Shown one piece after another: positions 52,680 through 61,441 of a DNA stretch of 64,000 nt; position 1 is the first letter of the stretch; every line of letters starts with the position of its first letter. The stretch is taken from the NCBI GenBank assembly GCA_963824495.1, contig CAWGPQ010000006.1, forward strand, positions 64,001-128,000, written 5' to 3'. Made by a program: the position numbers and the translations under genes. This stretch comes from an uncultured bacterium. Its GTDB lineage: Bacteria; Babelota; Babeliae; Babelales; Babelaceae. The notes under the pieces were generated by a model. The model made no database searches. It was not told the DNA's origin and was given only the letters and a program-made list of their open reading frames with translations.

Positions 52680-52839
52680 AAGTATTTCTCTCTTTCATAT
52701 TTAAATTGATTGCTATACATATTATTAAAATAATAGCATAAATTATTTTCGAAAACAATAATTAATTGTTTTAATTGAAGGTTTTAATCTTAGCAAAAGC
52801 ACGCTGCTCTAACTAAAAACATACTATCTTTTAAGCCCA

Positions 52840-54522
52840 TCAAGGGTTAGTAGGTGCTCTACTCGGTAAAGCTAAGGCTTTCGCAGGGGTCTGTGACGGC
52901 CTGAATGGATGGGTGTAATTATAGAGGGGAGTGCATGCACCTTGGATCTCCCAGTCCCTAAAGAGCTTATTGATATCCAGTCCTTTATCAACTAAAAATC
53001 CTGTAAGATATAATGCTTCTTCTAGGTCCGATGACTGGTCATCTTCTGGACTAGCAGTGATGGTTCCCTCTGCTCTAAAATTGATTTCTTGCAGTATGGG
53101 AAAAAGATCGTGTTGTTCATGCAGTTGCTCTGCTGCAAACAGATCAGCTCGTTGTTCTTGGCTTCGATTAAGCAATTTAATAGTATAGATATTTTTATCT
53201 GTTGGAGGATCCCAAAAGGGAGTTTCTTGTTGTGGTGTACCGTATAGCCATTTCATAAGTACTGAGTGGCGTAGTGCGTGCCATAAGGAGCCTTCTGCTG
53301 AAGCTACAGCTTGAAGTATCGTTCTTCCTGTACGGGTTGTTTGATCAAGTGCTTTCTTACCAAGTTCAACAAAATGATTAACATCTTTAATGGTTTTTTG
53401 TACATTTGGCGTATCCAACAACTGTTGAGCTCGTTCACCATATGAGCCTACCCAATCGCTTGCTGCTTGATCACGATTAATAACATGACTCATCTCATGG
53501 TAAACGGTAAAGAGGAGATCGCCTAAATCAGGTGATTCTCTAAGGGCTACAAAGGGTGTATTATGTCTAAGAACTTCACCCGCATGGCCCAAGACTTCCG
53601 ATCGCCTAGTTAACACAGGAAATAGCGGACCTTTAATATTAGAGATCTGTTGAGCCTCTTTAATAAGCTGCTCGTAAGCAAATGTTGGCCGATAATGGTT
53701 GACGTGTGAGAGCTCAAGAACTTCTGCATAAAGTACTTCTTGTTCAAGCTTTTTTAAACGATTAGTGTCAATATTTTTGATTGTCGTAGCATGCGGCAAG
53801 CCTAACAGTTCCATCAAGAAGTTGTAGGTGAATAATGCCTCTTTTGTATTGGTTGCATCGGGGTTTTCTTTCATAAGGCTCATAAGCTCAATGAGATCTT
53901 TAAGCAGATCATCACGTTTATCTGCTTTTGTACTAATATTGCGTGTACGCCAATATTTCTCATGAGCGTCTTTCCAAAGATTATATGCTATAGCAGTGTT
54001 AACCCATTTTTGATCTATCTGATTAAATAGTGCTGCGGGCTGAGCATGTAAAAGTTCCCGTAAAAAGTTATAGGTATAGAGGGCCTCTTGCTGAGCGAAA
54101 GCATGCAATGGTGTTGCGGTGCTGCTTATATCAAGCCAAATATAAAGGGTGTCTATAAGATCTTGAGCTTTTTGTGCAGTAGTAGTAATATTTTTTTTTA
54201 TCCATGCATCGCGCTGGCTATTCTTGTAGAGCGAGTATCCAGTTTCCGTAAGCCAGGCTTGATCAACATCAGCTAGCGATGAAACTTGTGGCATGTTAAA
54301 AATTTTGCGCAGATCATTATAGCTTTGTAAAGCTGTAGCTTTACATTCAGCATCTCCAAGCCCTTCCTGAATAACGCTGAGGTTTGAAGCAGCACTTCTG
54401 AAGAGAGCATTTTCGCTCAGCGTTACCTTTTTTTCAAGGGCTTGCGCGATAGGTACTATAGAACATCCAGCTATAATTACGAGTATACTTTGATACCATT
54501 GTAGAAATTTTTGCTGCGTCAT
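52840..54522 (-). CDS. Exported protein with three N-terminal helical repeats and an M48-like zinc-peptidase domain
   Basis: Signal peptide; AL..YN.L.......ID..W repeats; YHEMSH and QEQRAD. Confidence 0.75.
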   Translation of the reverse strand: MTQQKFLQWYQSILVIIAGCSIVPIAQALEKKVTLSENALFRSAASNLSVIQEGLGDAECKATALQSYNDLRKIFNMPQVSSLADVDQAWLTETGYSLYKNSQRDAWIKKNITTTAQKAQDLIDTLYIWLDISSTATPLHAFAQQEALYTYNFLRELLHAQPAALFNQIDQKWVNTAIAYNLWKDAHEKYWRTRNISTKADKRDDLLKDLIELMSLMKENPDATNTKEALFTYNFLMELLGLPHATTIKNIDTNRLKKLEQEVLYAEVLELSHVNHYRPTFAYEQLIKEAQQISNIKGPLFPVLTRRSEVLGHAGEVLRHNTPFVALRESPDLGDLLFTVYHEMSHVINRDQAASDWVGSYGERAQQLLDTPNVQKTIKDVNHFVELGKKALDQTTRTGRTILQAVASAEGSLWHALRHSVLMKWLYGTPQQETPFWDPPTDKNIYTIKLLNRSQEQRADLFAAEQLHEQHDLFPILQEINFRAEGTITASPEDDQSSDLEEALYLTGFLVDKGLDINKLFRDWEIQGACTPLYNYTHPFRPSQTPAKALALPSRAPTNP

Positions 54523-54859
54523 GTCTTCTCCTCGTCAATTTTGATTATTTTTAATCCCTTTTGTTATTTTTTATTATAATCTCATCGTATCACATCTCAA
54601 TTAAGAAAATCAATATTGAGCTGTATGCGCTGCTATACATTGATCGTGTTGTCTTGAGCAGATTATGACAATCAAGGCCAAGTTTTTGAGGCTTTCAAGG
54701 TCGCTGGGGTTTTCGCATTAGTTTAGCATTGCGTATTGGAGGGGTTTCTGAAAGCACAATAATCCCTGAAAAGCAGGCTGTCTTTTATGCTTATTTAACT
54801 CCCAACTCTGTTATTTTTTTAACTTCTCAATAAATATATTGACTCTTTGTATGTAAAAA

Positions 54860-55657
54860 TTGTATGAAACAAAAAGGGGAACGTCATGTCAAGGGTTAAG
54901 GGTTAGGGGGGTTGTCATGACACGTGGTGTCATAGGGACCATGAGTGCCACTGGTTGTTTTTTTGTTGGGTTGCTCAGTCATCATGTTATGCATGTTGTA
55001 CGGGTACCTCAATCGTGGTCGATATATTATGATCCTGTGCTATCGTTTGCAAGCACATCATTGCTTGATCCACGTATTACGTGTGTTGAGTTAAGTCGCC
55101 ATGACGCTTCCTCTCTTATGAAGCTGTTACAGCAGGAGGTGCCGGTTATACAAGCACTTGAGGTGTGCTATAAAGGCTGTCGTCATGCTCATGTCAAAAT
55201 AGAGGCATATAGACCACAACTCAGCATTAATACTGAGTATGTCATGTTGTGCAATGGCTTAATTGCACGGAGTGACTTTTTTGCTGACCATGTCCGTGAA
55301 TCACTTCCTGCCATTGGGTACCCTGACGATAGTACTGGTATAGTATGCGGTGAATACTGCACGGCATTGCTCAGTTTTATGGGCCGTTTACCTGAAGGGT
55401 TTTTTGAGCAGTATTCGGTGATATGGCATAACAAAACGGATATTGTTCTGTACGATAAACAATGTGCACAGTTTTGTTTACGTGCTCATGCTGAAACGCA
55501 GTTTGACGATGCGTTAGTACATGCAATCGCCTCTATAAAAAAAGTTGTGCAGAAGCGTACAACTTCACGTTCTAGCAAAGGGACACTCCACCGTATGTGG
55601 AGAGCAGACGTGAGGTTCAAAGATTACATTGTACTCTCGTCGATCACAGAGCGATAA
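54860..55657 (+). CDS. Divergent FtsQ/DivIB-like protein
   Basis: Position before ftsA; single hydrophobic segment; POTRA-like VPVIQALEV..VKIEAYRP; C-terminal ADVRFKDYIVL. Start uncertain. Confidence 0.55.
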   Translation: MYETKRGTSCQGLRVRGVVMTRGVIGTMSATGCFFVGLLSHHVMHVVRVPQSWSIYYDPVLSFASTSLLDPRITCVELSRHDASSLMKLLQQEVPVIQALEVCYKGCRHAHVKIEAYRPQLSINTEYVMLCNGLIARSDFFADHVRESLPAIGYPDDSTGIVCGEYCTALLSFMGRLPEGFFEQYSVIWHNKTDIVLYDKQCAQFCLRAHAETQFDDALVHAIASIKKVVQKRTTSRSSKGTLHRMWRADVRFKDYIVLSSITER

Positions 55658-55684
55658 AAAAAAGAAGGGATAGGAGGGGAAATC

Positions 55685-56923
55685 ATGAAGAAAAAGCTTA
55701 TACCTGAAAACATAATTGCCGCTATTGATATAGGTACTACTAAAATTTGCGTATTAGTTGCTCAGCAACTTGATAATGAGAATTTTGAGATTGTTGGAAT
55801 TGGTCGAGCGCCATCGATAGGTTTAGCACGTGGTGTTGTTGTTGATATACTGCCAGCCATGCACTCAATAAAGACTGCACTCAAAGAAGCGGAGCTTATG
55901 GCAGGATTGTCGATAGAGTCTGCCTATATCGGCATATCAGGTGCTCATATTAACTCTTTGACGTCTCAAGGCATGGTTGCTGTAAAACATGGTGAAGTAC
56001 GTGCCTACGATATAGCCCAAGTGCTTGCAGCAGCACGAGCGACACCTATTCCTGAAGGACAGCATATCATACATGTGCTCCCCCAGTTTTATACTATCGA
56101 CTCACATCATCATGTGCGTGATCCATTAGGCATGTATGGCGTTCGTCTTGAAGCACAAGTCCATATTATAACGGGTGCTCTGGCATCTGTTCAAAATCTT
56201 ATACGTTGCTGTGAAATGGCCGGTGTTAAAGTGCGTGATATTATTCTTGAGCCTCTTGCTTCAGCTGATGCTGTTCTCAGCGTTGACGAAAAAGAACTCG
56301 GCGTTGCTCTGCTTGATATTGGCGGTGGTACATCTGATTTGGCACTTTATCAACAGGGAAGCGTTCGTTATACGCATATATTTCCCATAGCAGGTAATTT
56401 ATTTACCAATGATATTGCGTTATGTTTGCGCACCACGCTTAAAGATGCTGAGCGTATCAAGAAAGAACATGGCTTGGTTTACCGGCCGTTTTTAACTCAT
56501 GATGTTGCTCTTGATGTAGAATTAGTGTACGGTAATGCCTTGCAAGAGATAGGGCAGTATGAACTCGTTGCTATACTTGAATCACGTGCTCAAGAACTTC
56601 TTATGCTTCTCAAGCGAGAAATAGAAGAGCATCATCTCGAAACATTTATCCACTCAGGCTTAGTACTGACCGGTGGTGGGTCATTATTGACCGGCATACA
56701 AGAACTTGCACAAGACATGCTGCAGATACCAGTACGTATTGGCAGGCCTCATGTGCCACCTGCATTTAGAGAAACGCTTGAGAATCCAATCTATGCAACG
56801 GGATATGGCTTGCTTGTTCAAGCAGTGAAGAAAAACAAGCATGCTCCCCTTGGTCATTTAAGCGGGCCCATAATGAGCAGAGTCTTTTCACGCATGAAAT
56901 CATGGGTGCTTGATTTCTTTTAA
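55685..56923 (+). CDS. ftsA: Cell division protein FtsA
   Basis: AIDIGTTKI, DIGGGTSD, LTGGGS, YATGYGL, C-terminal amphipathic helix. Confidence 0.97.
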   Translation: MKKKLIPENIIAAIDIGTTKICVLVAQQLDNENFEIVGIGRAPSIGLARGVVVDILPAMHSIKTALKEAELMAGLSIESAYIGISGAHINSLTSQGMVAVKHGEVRAYDIAQVLAAARATPIPEGQHIIHVLPQFYTIDSHHHVRDPLGMYGVRLEAQVHIITGALASVQNLIRCCEMAGVKVRDIILEPLASADAVLSVDEKELGVALLDIGGGTSDLALYQQGSVRYTHIFPIAGNLFTNDIALCLRTTLKDAERIKKEHGLVYRPFLTHDVALDVELVYGNALQEIGQYELVAILESRAQELLMLLKREIEEHHLETFIHSGLVLTGGGSLLTGIQELAQDMLQIPVRIGRPHVPPAFRETLENPIYATGYGLLVQAVKKNKHAPLGHLSGPIMSRVFSRMKSWVLDFF

Positions 56924-56938
56924 TTAAACTCGATGGGA

Positions 56939-56975
56939 CAGCATACTGTAATCAGAATATAATTACAGTATGCTG
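56939..56975. terminator. 14-bp perfect hairpin between convergent genes
   Basis: CAGCATACTGTAAT-N9-ATTACAGTATGCTG. Confidence 0.7.
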
Positions 56976-56994
56976 CCTTTATATAATTGCTTGA

Positions 56995-57840
56995 TTAAGT
57001 TATCTCTTTTGTTAGCTTGCCTAATTGTTGTAGTACATCCTGGCACTTCTTCTCCAATTCGTTTATTTTTTTCATCTCAGGAGTGACCTTGATCCGTGAG
57101 CTTACAGCTTTGCCTGCGCATAGTATTATTCCTACTAACCCTGTACCTTGTATTACAGGATCGGAATGATTCCAAAGAGTTGCAAATGCGCATGGCGGAA
57201 TTCCTGTAAACCACATGGCACCATTTGTTTTATTATTAAGATCTCTGTTTCGGTATGTGTTTATTTCAGCAATAAGTTCTGCAAATTGCTTTATGAGGGC
57301 TTCTTGCTCTTCTTTTTTACTAGCGTTAGAGGTATAAGCCGAAGGGAAAGCTGCTCCGGGTATTTCTTTCATTACATTATCTAATTATTTTAGCACCTTT
57401 CCATGCGCAGTGTGCAATTTAATTAGTTTTTTCACTTCAGGAGTAACCTTGTGCGTCAAAGCATTCTGTGTACATAGGATCATTGCAGCTACCTCTACAC
57501 TTTGCCATACAGGATGGGAATAGCTCAAAGGAAGTGCGCCTGCACAGGGTATAAGTCCTGAAAGCCATCTAAGGCTCCTTTGTGTTCTCTGATTAAGCTC
57601 TATATTTCGGTATATATCTATTTCAGTGTTAAGTTTTTCAAGTCGCTGTATCATAGCTTCTAGCTTTTCTCCCTTAAGAGGACCGGAAGTATGAGCTCGA
57701 GCGTAAGCTCCAGAGAAAGCCGCTTTGGGTAAAGAAGGGTAAGCCCGCACTATTGTCGCTCTTCTTACCAAGTTGTAATGCATGGCTGAGCTGTTTAAAG
57801 CAGTTGTCAAAAGTGTTAATGCCAACAATCTGTAGATCAT
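56995..57840 (-). pseudogene. Exported two-repeat membrane protein split by one in-frame TAA
   Basis: ORFs 57385-57840 and 56995-57372 share a frame (VLK*LDNVMKEI) and are homologous repeats; the stop aligns to Q in VLQQLGKLTKEI. Confidence 0.75.
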
Positions 57841-57850
57841 AGTGGTAAAC

Positions 57851-58625
57851 CTATTGTTCTAAATAAGATGCAATAACTACATGTCCTCTTTTTTGTGCGA
57901 GGTCTTGAGGTGTAATACCAGCATTATTGATTAGATTTTTTTGTGCTCCTCGAGCGATTAAATCTAATACAATATCCTCGTGGCCATTTTGAGCCGCAAG
58001 GTGAAGTGCTGTATTGCCCAAAGCATCCTGTGTATTAATGTTAGAGTCAGCTTCAAGCAAGAGCGGTATAAGATTGGCATGACCTTGTGCAGCTGCCCAA
58101 TGTAAAGGCCTGGCGGTATTAAAGGTTGAAGTGCTCAGTAAGAGAGAAGGGTGACTTTCTAATAGCTCTTTTACCATCGATTCATCGTTTATTATGGATG
58201 AATAGATAATCGGCTCAGTATTGGGTGGCACGAGGGTAGGCTGAACCGTTTCTGTTAGTTTTCCTTCAGTGTTTGCGCCATAATAGAGTAATGCTTATAA
58301 GCAATCAATAAATTTCTGATGTGGCTTTAAGCTATATTTCCGACCGACTATTTCAAGCACGGGGCGACCCTTGGCATTTTCAGCATTGGGATTGGCGCCA
58401 GCCTCGAGCATCTGTCCAGCCAGATCAGTATTTCCATTCTTAAGCGCTGCTAATAACAAAGTATCAAGAGATATGGCGTGAGCATTCGACGAAGAAGCTT
58501 CAGTTGCTTGAGTGGTATCGTGAGGGTTTTTCTGCTCCATGCAGTTACTTTTCTGTGAGAAATTTGCCAGCATAGCCAGTGCACATACGAGTAATTGGTT
58601 AGTAATTTTTGCTATTTTTTTTCAT
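57851..58625 (-). pseudogene. Exported ankyrin-repeat protein, disrupted
   Basis: Extra A in the A8 run after ATG 58625; in-frame TAA at 58297-58295 (CL*ALLYYGAN); RPLHWAA and GNTALHLAA repeats. Confidence 0.8.
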
Positions 58626-58863
58626 AAGTAACCTTTATGGGAAATTGTTGTGATTGTGATGCATTGATAGATTTTAACAGTGATTGCACAAGTATACAAT
58701 GTTGATTCATGTTGATTGCTAAATTTCTTAGCAAGTGCAAGATCTTATGAGTACGCTTACGAGCTTGTGCGAGCGGATTTGGCATCCAGGCGTTGCATCT
58801 GGCAAGGTAATCATGCTAATGTTCTGATGAGCGAAAGCACATATAATCAGAAAGGGGAAGCAT

Positions 58864-60048
58864 ATGATTGACTTTGAGCAAGAAAATCTTGTAACACAGG
58901 TTCCTGTAGCACGTATTAAAGTTATGGGTGTTGGTGGTGCAGGTGGCAATACCATTAATCACATGATTGGTAGTAATTACGAAAACATAGAATTTATTGT
59001 TGCTAATACCGATGCACAAGTACTCAAAATTTCCAAGGCACCACTTAAGATACAGTTGGGTTCGCGTTCAACGCGGGGCTTGGGCGCAGGGGCTAACCCA
59101 GAAGTAGGCAAGCGGGCAGCCGAAGAGGATATTGAAAAGATAAAAGAATATCTTCAGGGCGCGGATGTTGTGTTTTTAGTTGGAGGTCTGGGTGGTGGTA
59201 CCGGCTCGGGCGCTTTGCCGGTTATCGCCCGTGTAGCAAAATTATTAGGTATTCTTTCTATAGGTGTTGTGACGCAGCCGTTTGCTTTTGAGGGAAAACG
59301 CCGCATGAATATCGCACAACAAGCACTTGACCTGCTGAGAAAAGAAGTTGACACTCTTATTGTTATACCTAACCAAAAATTGCTTGATATTGCTGATAAA
59401 AAAGTATCGCTTGTCAATGCTTTTGGCATGCTTAATGAGGTAATAAACCAGTTTGTTCGGGCCATAGCTGATATTATTAGTCGCCCTGGTCATATTAACG
59501 TTGATTTTGCTGATGTCAGTGCAATTATGAAGAATACGGGCATGGCAGTTATGGGTACCGGTCGTGCATCAGGACCTAATCGTGCAGAAGAAGCAGCTCG
59601 TCAAGCTATTTCATCACCCTTATTAGGAAACATGACGATTGAAGGAGCTCGTGGTGTATTATTTAATATTACAGGCAGCTCTAATTTGGGACTTGACGAA
59701 GTAAGTGCGGCATCGTCCATTATTGAGCATGATGCCGATAGGGACGCCAATATTATTTTTGGTTTTGTTGTTGATGAGTCTCTTGGTGACGATGTCATGG
59801 TTACGGTTATCGCTACCGGTGTCGTACCGAAGGATGCCCACATGTTGCCGTATGTTCAGGTAACGCCAACAGTACGCGATAGTACCAATGCTTTAAGACC
59901 TTTATCACCTACTGCAGAAAGAAACCAGGGGGCAGCGAATTCTTCGTTTCAGCTATTAGAATCTCTTGATCAAAAAACCCTTGAAGTCCCAACGATTCTT
60001 CGCCGTATGGTTAAAGAAAAAGAAACCCGCCAAAAGACAAGCGCCTAG
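58864..60048 (+). CDS. ftsZ: Cell division protein FtsZ
   Basis: GVGGAGGN, GGGTGSG, NVDFAD, C-terminal LEVPTILR. Confidence 0.98.
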   Translation: MIDFEQENLVTQVPVARIKVMGVGGAGGNTINHMIGSNYENIEFIVANTDAQVLKISKAPLKIQLGSRSTRGLGAGANPEVGKRAAEEDIEKIKEYLQGADVVFLVGGLGGGTGSGALPVIARVAKLLGILSIGVVTQPFAFEGKRRMNIAQQALDLLRKEVDTLIVIPNQKLLDIADKKVSLVNAFGMLNEVINQFVRAIADIISRPGHINVDFADVSAIMKNTGMAVMGTGRASGPNRAEEAARQAISSPLLGNMTIEGARGVLFNITGSSNLGLDEVSAASSIIEHDADRDANIIFGFVVDESLGDDVMVTVIATGVVPKDAHMLPYVQVTPTVRDSTNALRPLSPTAERNQGAANSSFQLLESLDQKTLEVPTILRRMVKEKETRQKTSA

Positions 60049-60059
60049 TACAGCTGCAA

Positions 60060-60085
60060 GTGAAGGGAAATAAGTTTCCCTTCAC
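60060..60085 (+). terminator. Hairpin after ftsZ
   Basis: GTGAAGGGAAA-TAAG-TTTCCCTTCAC; weak U-tail. Confidence 0.55.
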
Positions 60086-60113
60086 TCTCATGCTAAACTA
60101 ACGCTTTTAGGTA

Positions 60114-60836
60114 ATGAGCATGCAATTCTATGATAATGCGTATCTTCGCATCTATTTTGGTGATCAAAGTACTGCGCTTTCTTTAGAGTATCTTTATAGT
60201 GTTAAAGATAGTGCAGAGCTTATGCAACAACCGCAGCTAAAGCAGGTTATAAGCACGTTAGGGCTTAATGGTCTAAGTATCTTAAAGCAAGTGCATGGTG
60301 CTTGTGGTTATGTAATAACGGGAAAAGAGGGAATATGCCAGCTTGAGGGAGATTATCTTATTACGTCTATTCCCGGAATTGGGCTTGCTGTGACAACTGC
60401 TGATTGCTTGCCGATAGTTCTCTATGACACTGAGCATCAGGTAGTTGGGATTGCTCATGCTGGGTGGCGGGGTTCTCTTCAGCAGATAGCTGTTAGGATG
60501 CTTGAAGATCTTCAGAAGAAGTTTGGCACGCAGCCTGAGCAGGTACAGGCTTTTTTTGGGCCCTCAGCTCAAGTATGCTGCTATCAAGTAAGTACAGATT
60601 TTAAACACTCTTTTGATCGGTATGATTGGGCTCAAGAAGCGTTTAGCACGCGTACTGGTGCTCTTTATTTCGATATGCTCTTGTTTAACCAAGTGCAACT
60701 TGAGCAGGTTGGAGTGAACAGAGCATCATGTATTGTAGATTTTGCTCGTTGCGCTATTTGCAGTCCAGAGCTGTGTTCCAATCGCCGTGAGGGTTTGTTA
60801 GCCCGGCGGCAACTAACTATTGTTGCGCTCGTGTAA
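60114..60836 (+). CDS. pgeF: Peptidoglycan editing factor PgeF/YfiH (laccase-domain)
   Basis: QVHG, TADCLPI, AHAGWRG, CCYQV; canonical position after ftsZ. Confidence 0.92.
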   Translation: MSMQFYDNAYLRIYFGDQSTALSLEYLYSVKDSAELMQQPQLKQVISTLGLNGLSILKQVHGACGYVITGKEGICQLEGDYLITSIPGIGLAVTTADCLPIVLYDTEHQVVGIAHAGWRGSLQQIAVRMLEDLQKKFGTQPEQVQAFFGPSAQVCCYQVSTDFKHSFDRYDWAQEAFSTRTGALYFDMLLFNQVQLEQVGVNRASCIVDFARCAICSPELCSNRREGLLARRQLTIVALV

Positions 60837-61316
60837 TTTTGCGTGTTCTTGAGGGCACGGGCACGTAGCCTTAAGGGCGTCCCTAATTTCCGCCAAAAGA
60901 ATTTCTTGGTGACTTAGCCAGAGCCTGTCTGTTTCTAACTTTTCTTTTGTGTGAAGCCTATTAAGGGCTTTAATAATTAAAAAAAGTACCCATGCTATAA
61001 TAAGAAAGTCCAGAGCAGCCTGGGCAAAGCTCCCCATATTAAGTGTTACTGCTTTTTGTATGATGATCCCGTCTGAATGTATAATAGCCTCCTTGAGCGT
61101 AATCTTAAAGTCTTGAAAATTTATGCCTCCCATAATAATACCAAGAGGGGGCATGAGAATGTCGCTGACTAACGAAGAGACAATTTTGCTAAATGCAGCG
61201 CCTATAATGACCCCTACGGCCAGCTCTATGATATTGCCACGAATAGCAAAGTCTTTAAATTCACGTAACAATTTTTTTAGGGTAGTGGTATGGTGGTTAT
61301 TGATAAGGGTATTCAT
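60813..61316 (-). CDS. mscL: Large-conductance mechanosensitive channel
   Basis: EFKDFAIRGNIIELAVGVIIGAAFSKIVSSLV, LLAEIRD. Confidence 0.95.
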   Translation of the reverse strand: MNTLINNHHTTTLKKLLREFKDFAIRGNIIELAVGVIIGAAFSKIVSSLVSDILMPPLGIIMGGINFQDFKITLKEAIIHSDGIIIQKAVTLNMGSFAQAALDFLIIAWVLFLIIKALNRLHTKEKLETDRLWLSHQEILLAEIRDALKATCPCPQEHAKLHERNNS

Positions 61317-61441
61317 AATGGGTAGCTTTCTACTCAAGCGTGACGAAATCTTTATTTTATGATACACTAAAATTATCAGAATGGGTTACTAATATTATTT
61401 ATAGCGTGAAAAATTTTAAAGCTTTAGAATAAGGAAAGATG

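Noticed and set aside
54610..54830. Possible ncRNA (e.g. 6S) in the long intergenic region before the ftsQ-like gene
   Set aside because: No convincing extended pairing or family motif by eye; an Rfam search would be needed.
58822..58852. CTGATGAGCGAAA resembling a hammerhead ribozyme core before ftsZ
   Set aside because: No room for stem II and no credible stem I; only a 7-bp hairpin near the RBS is supported.
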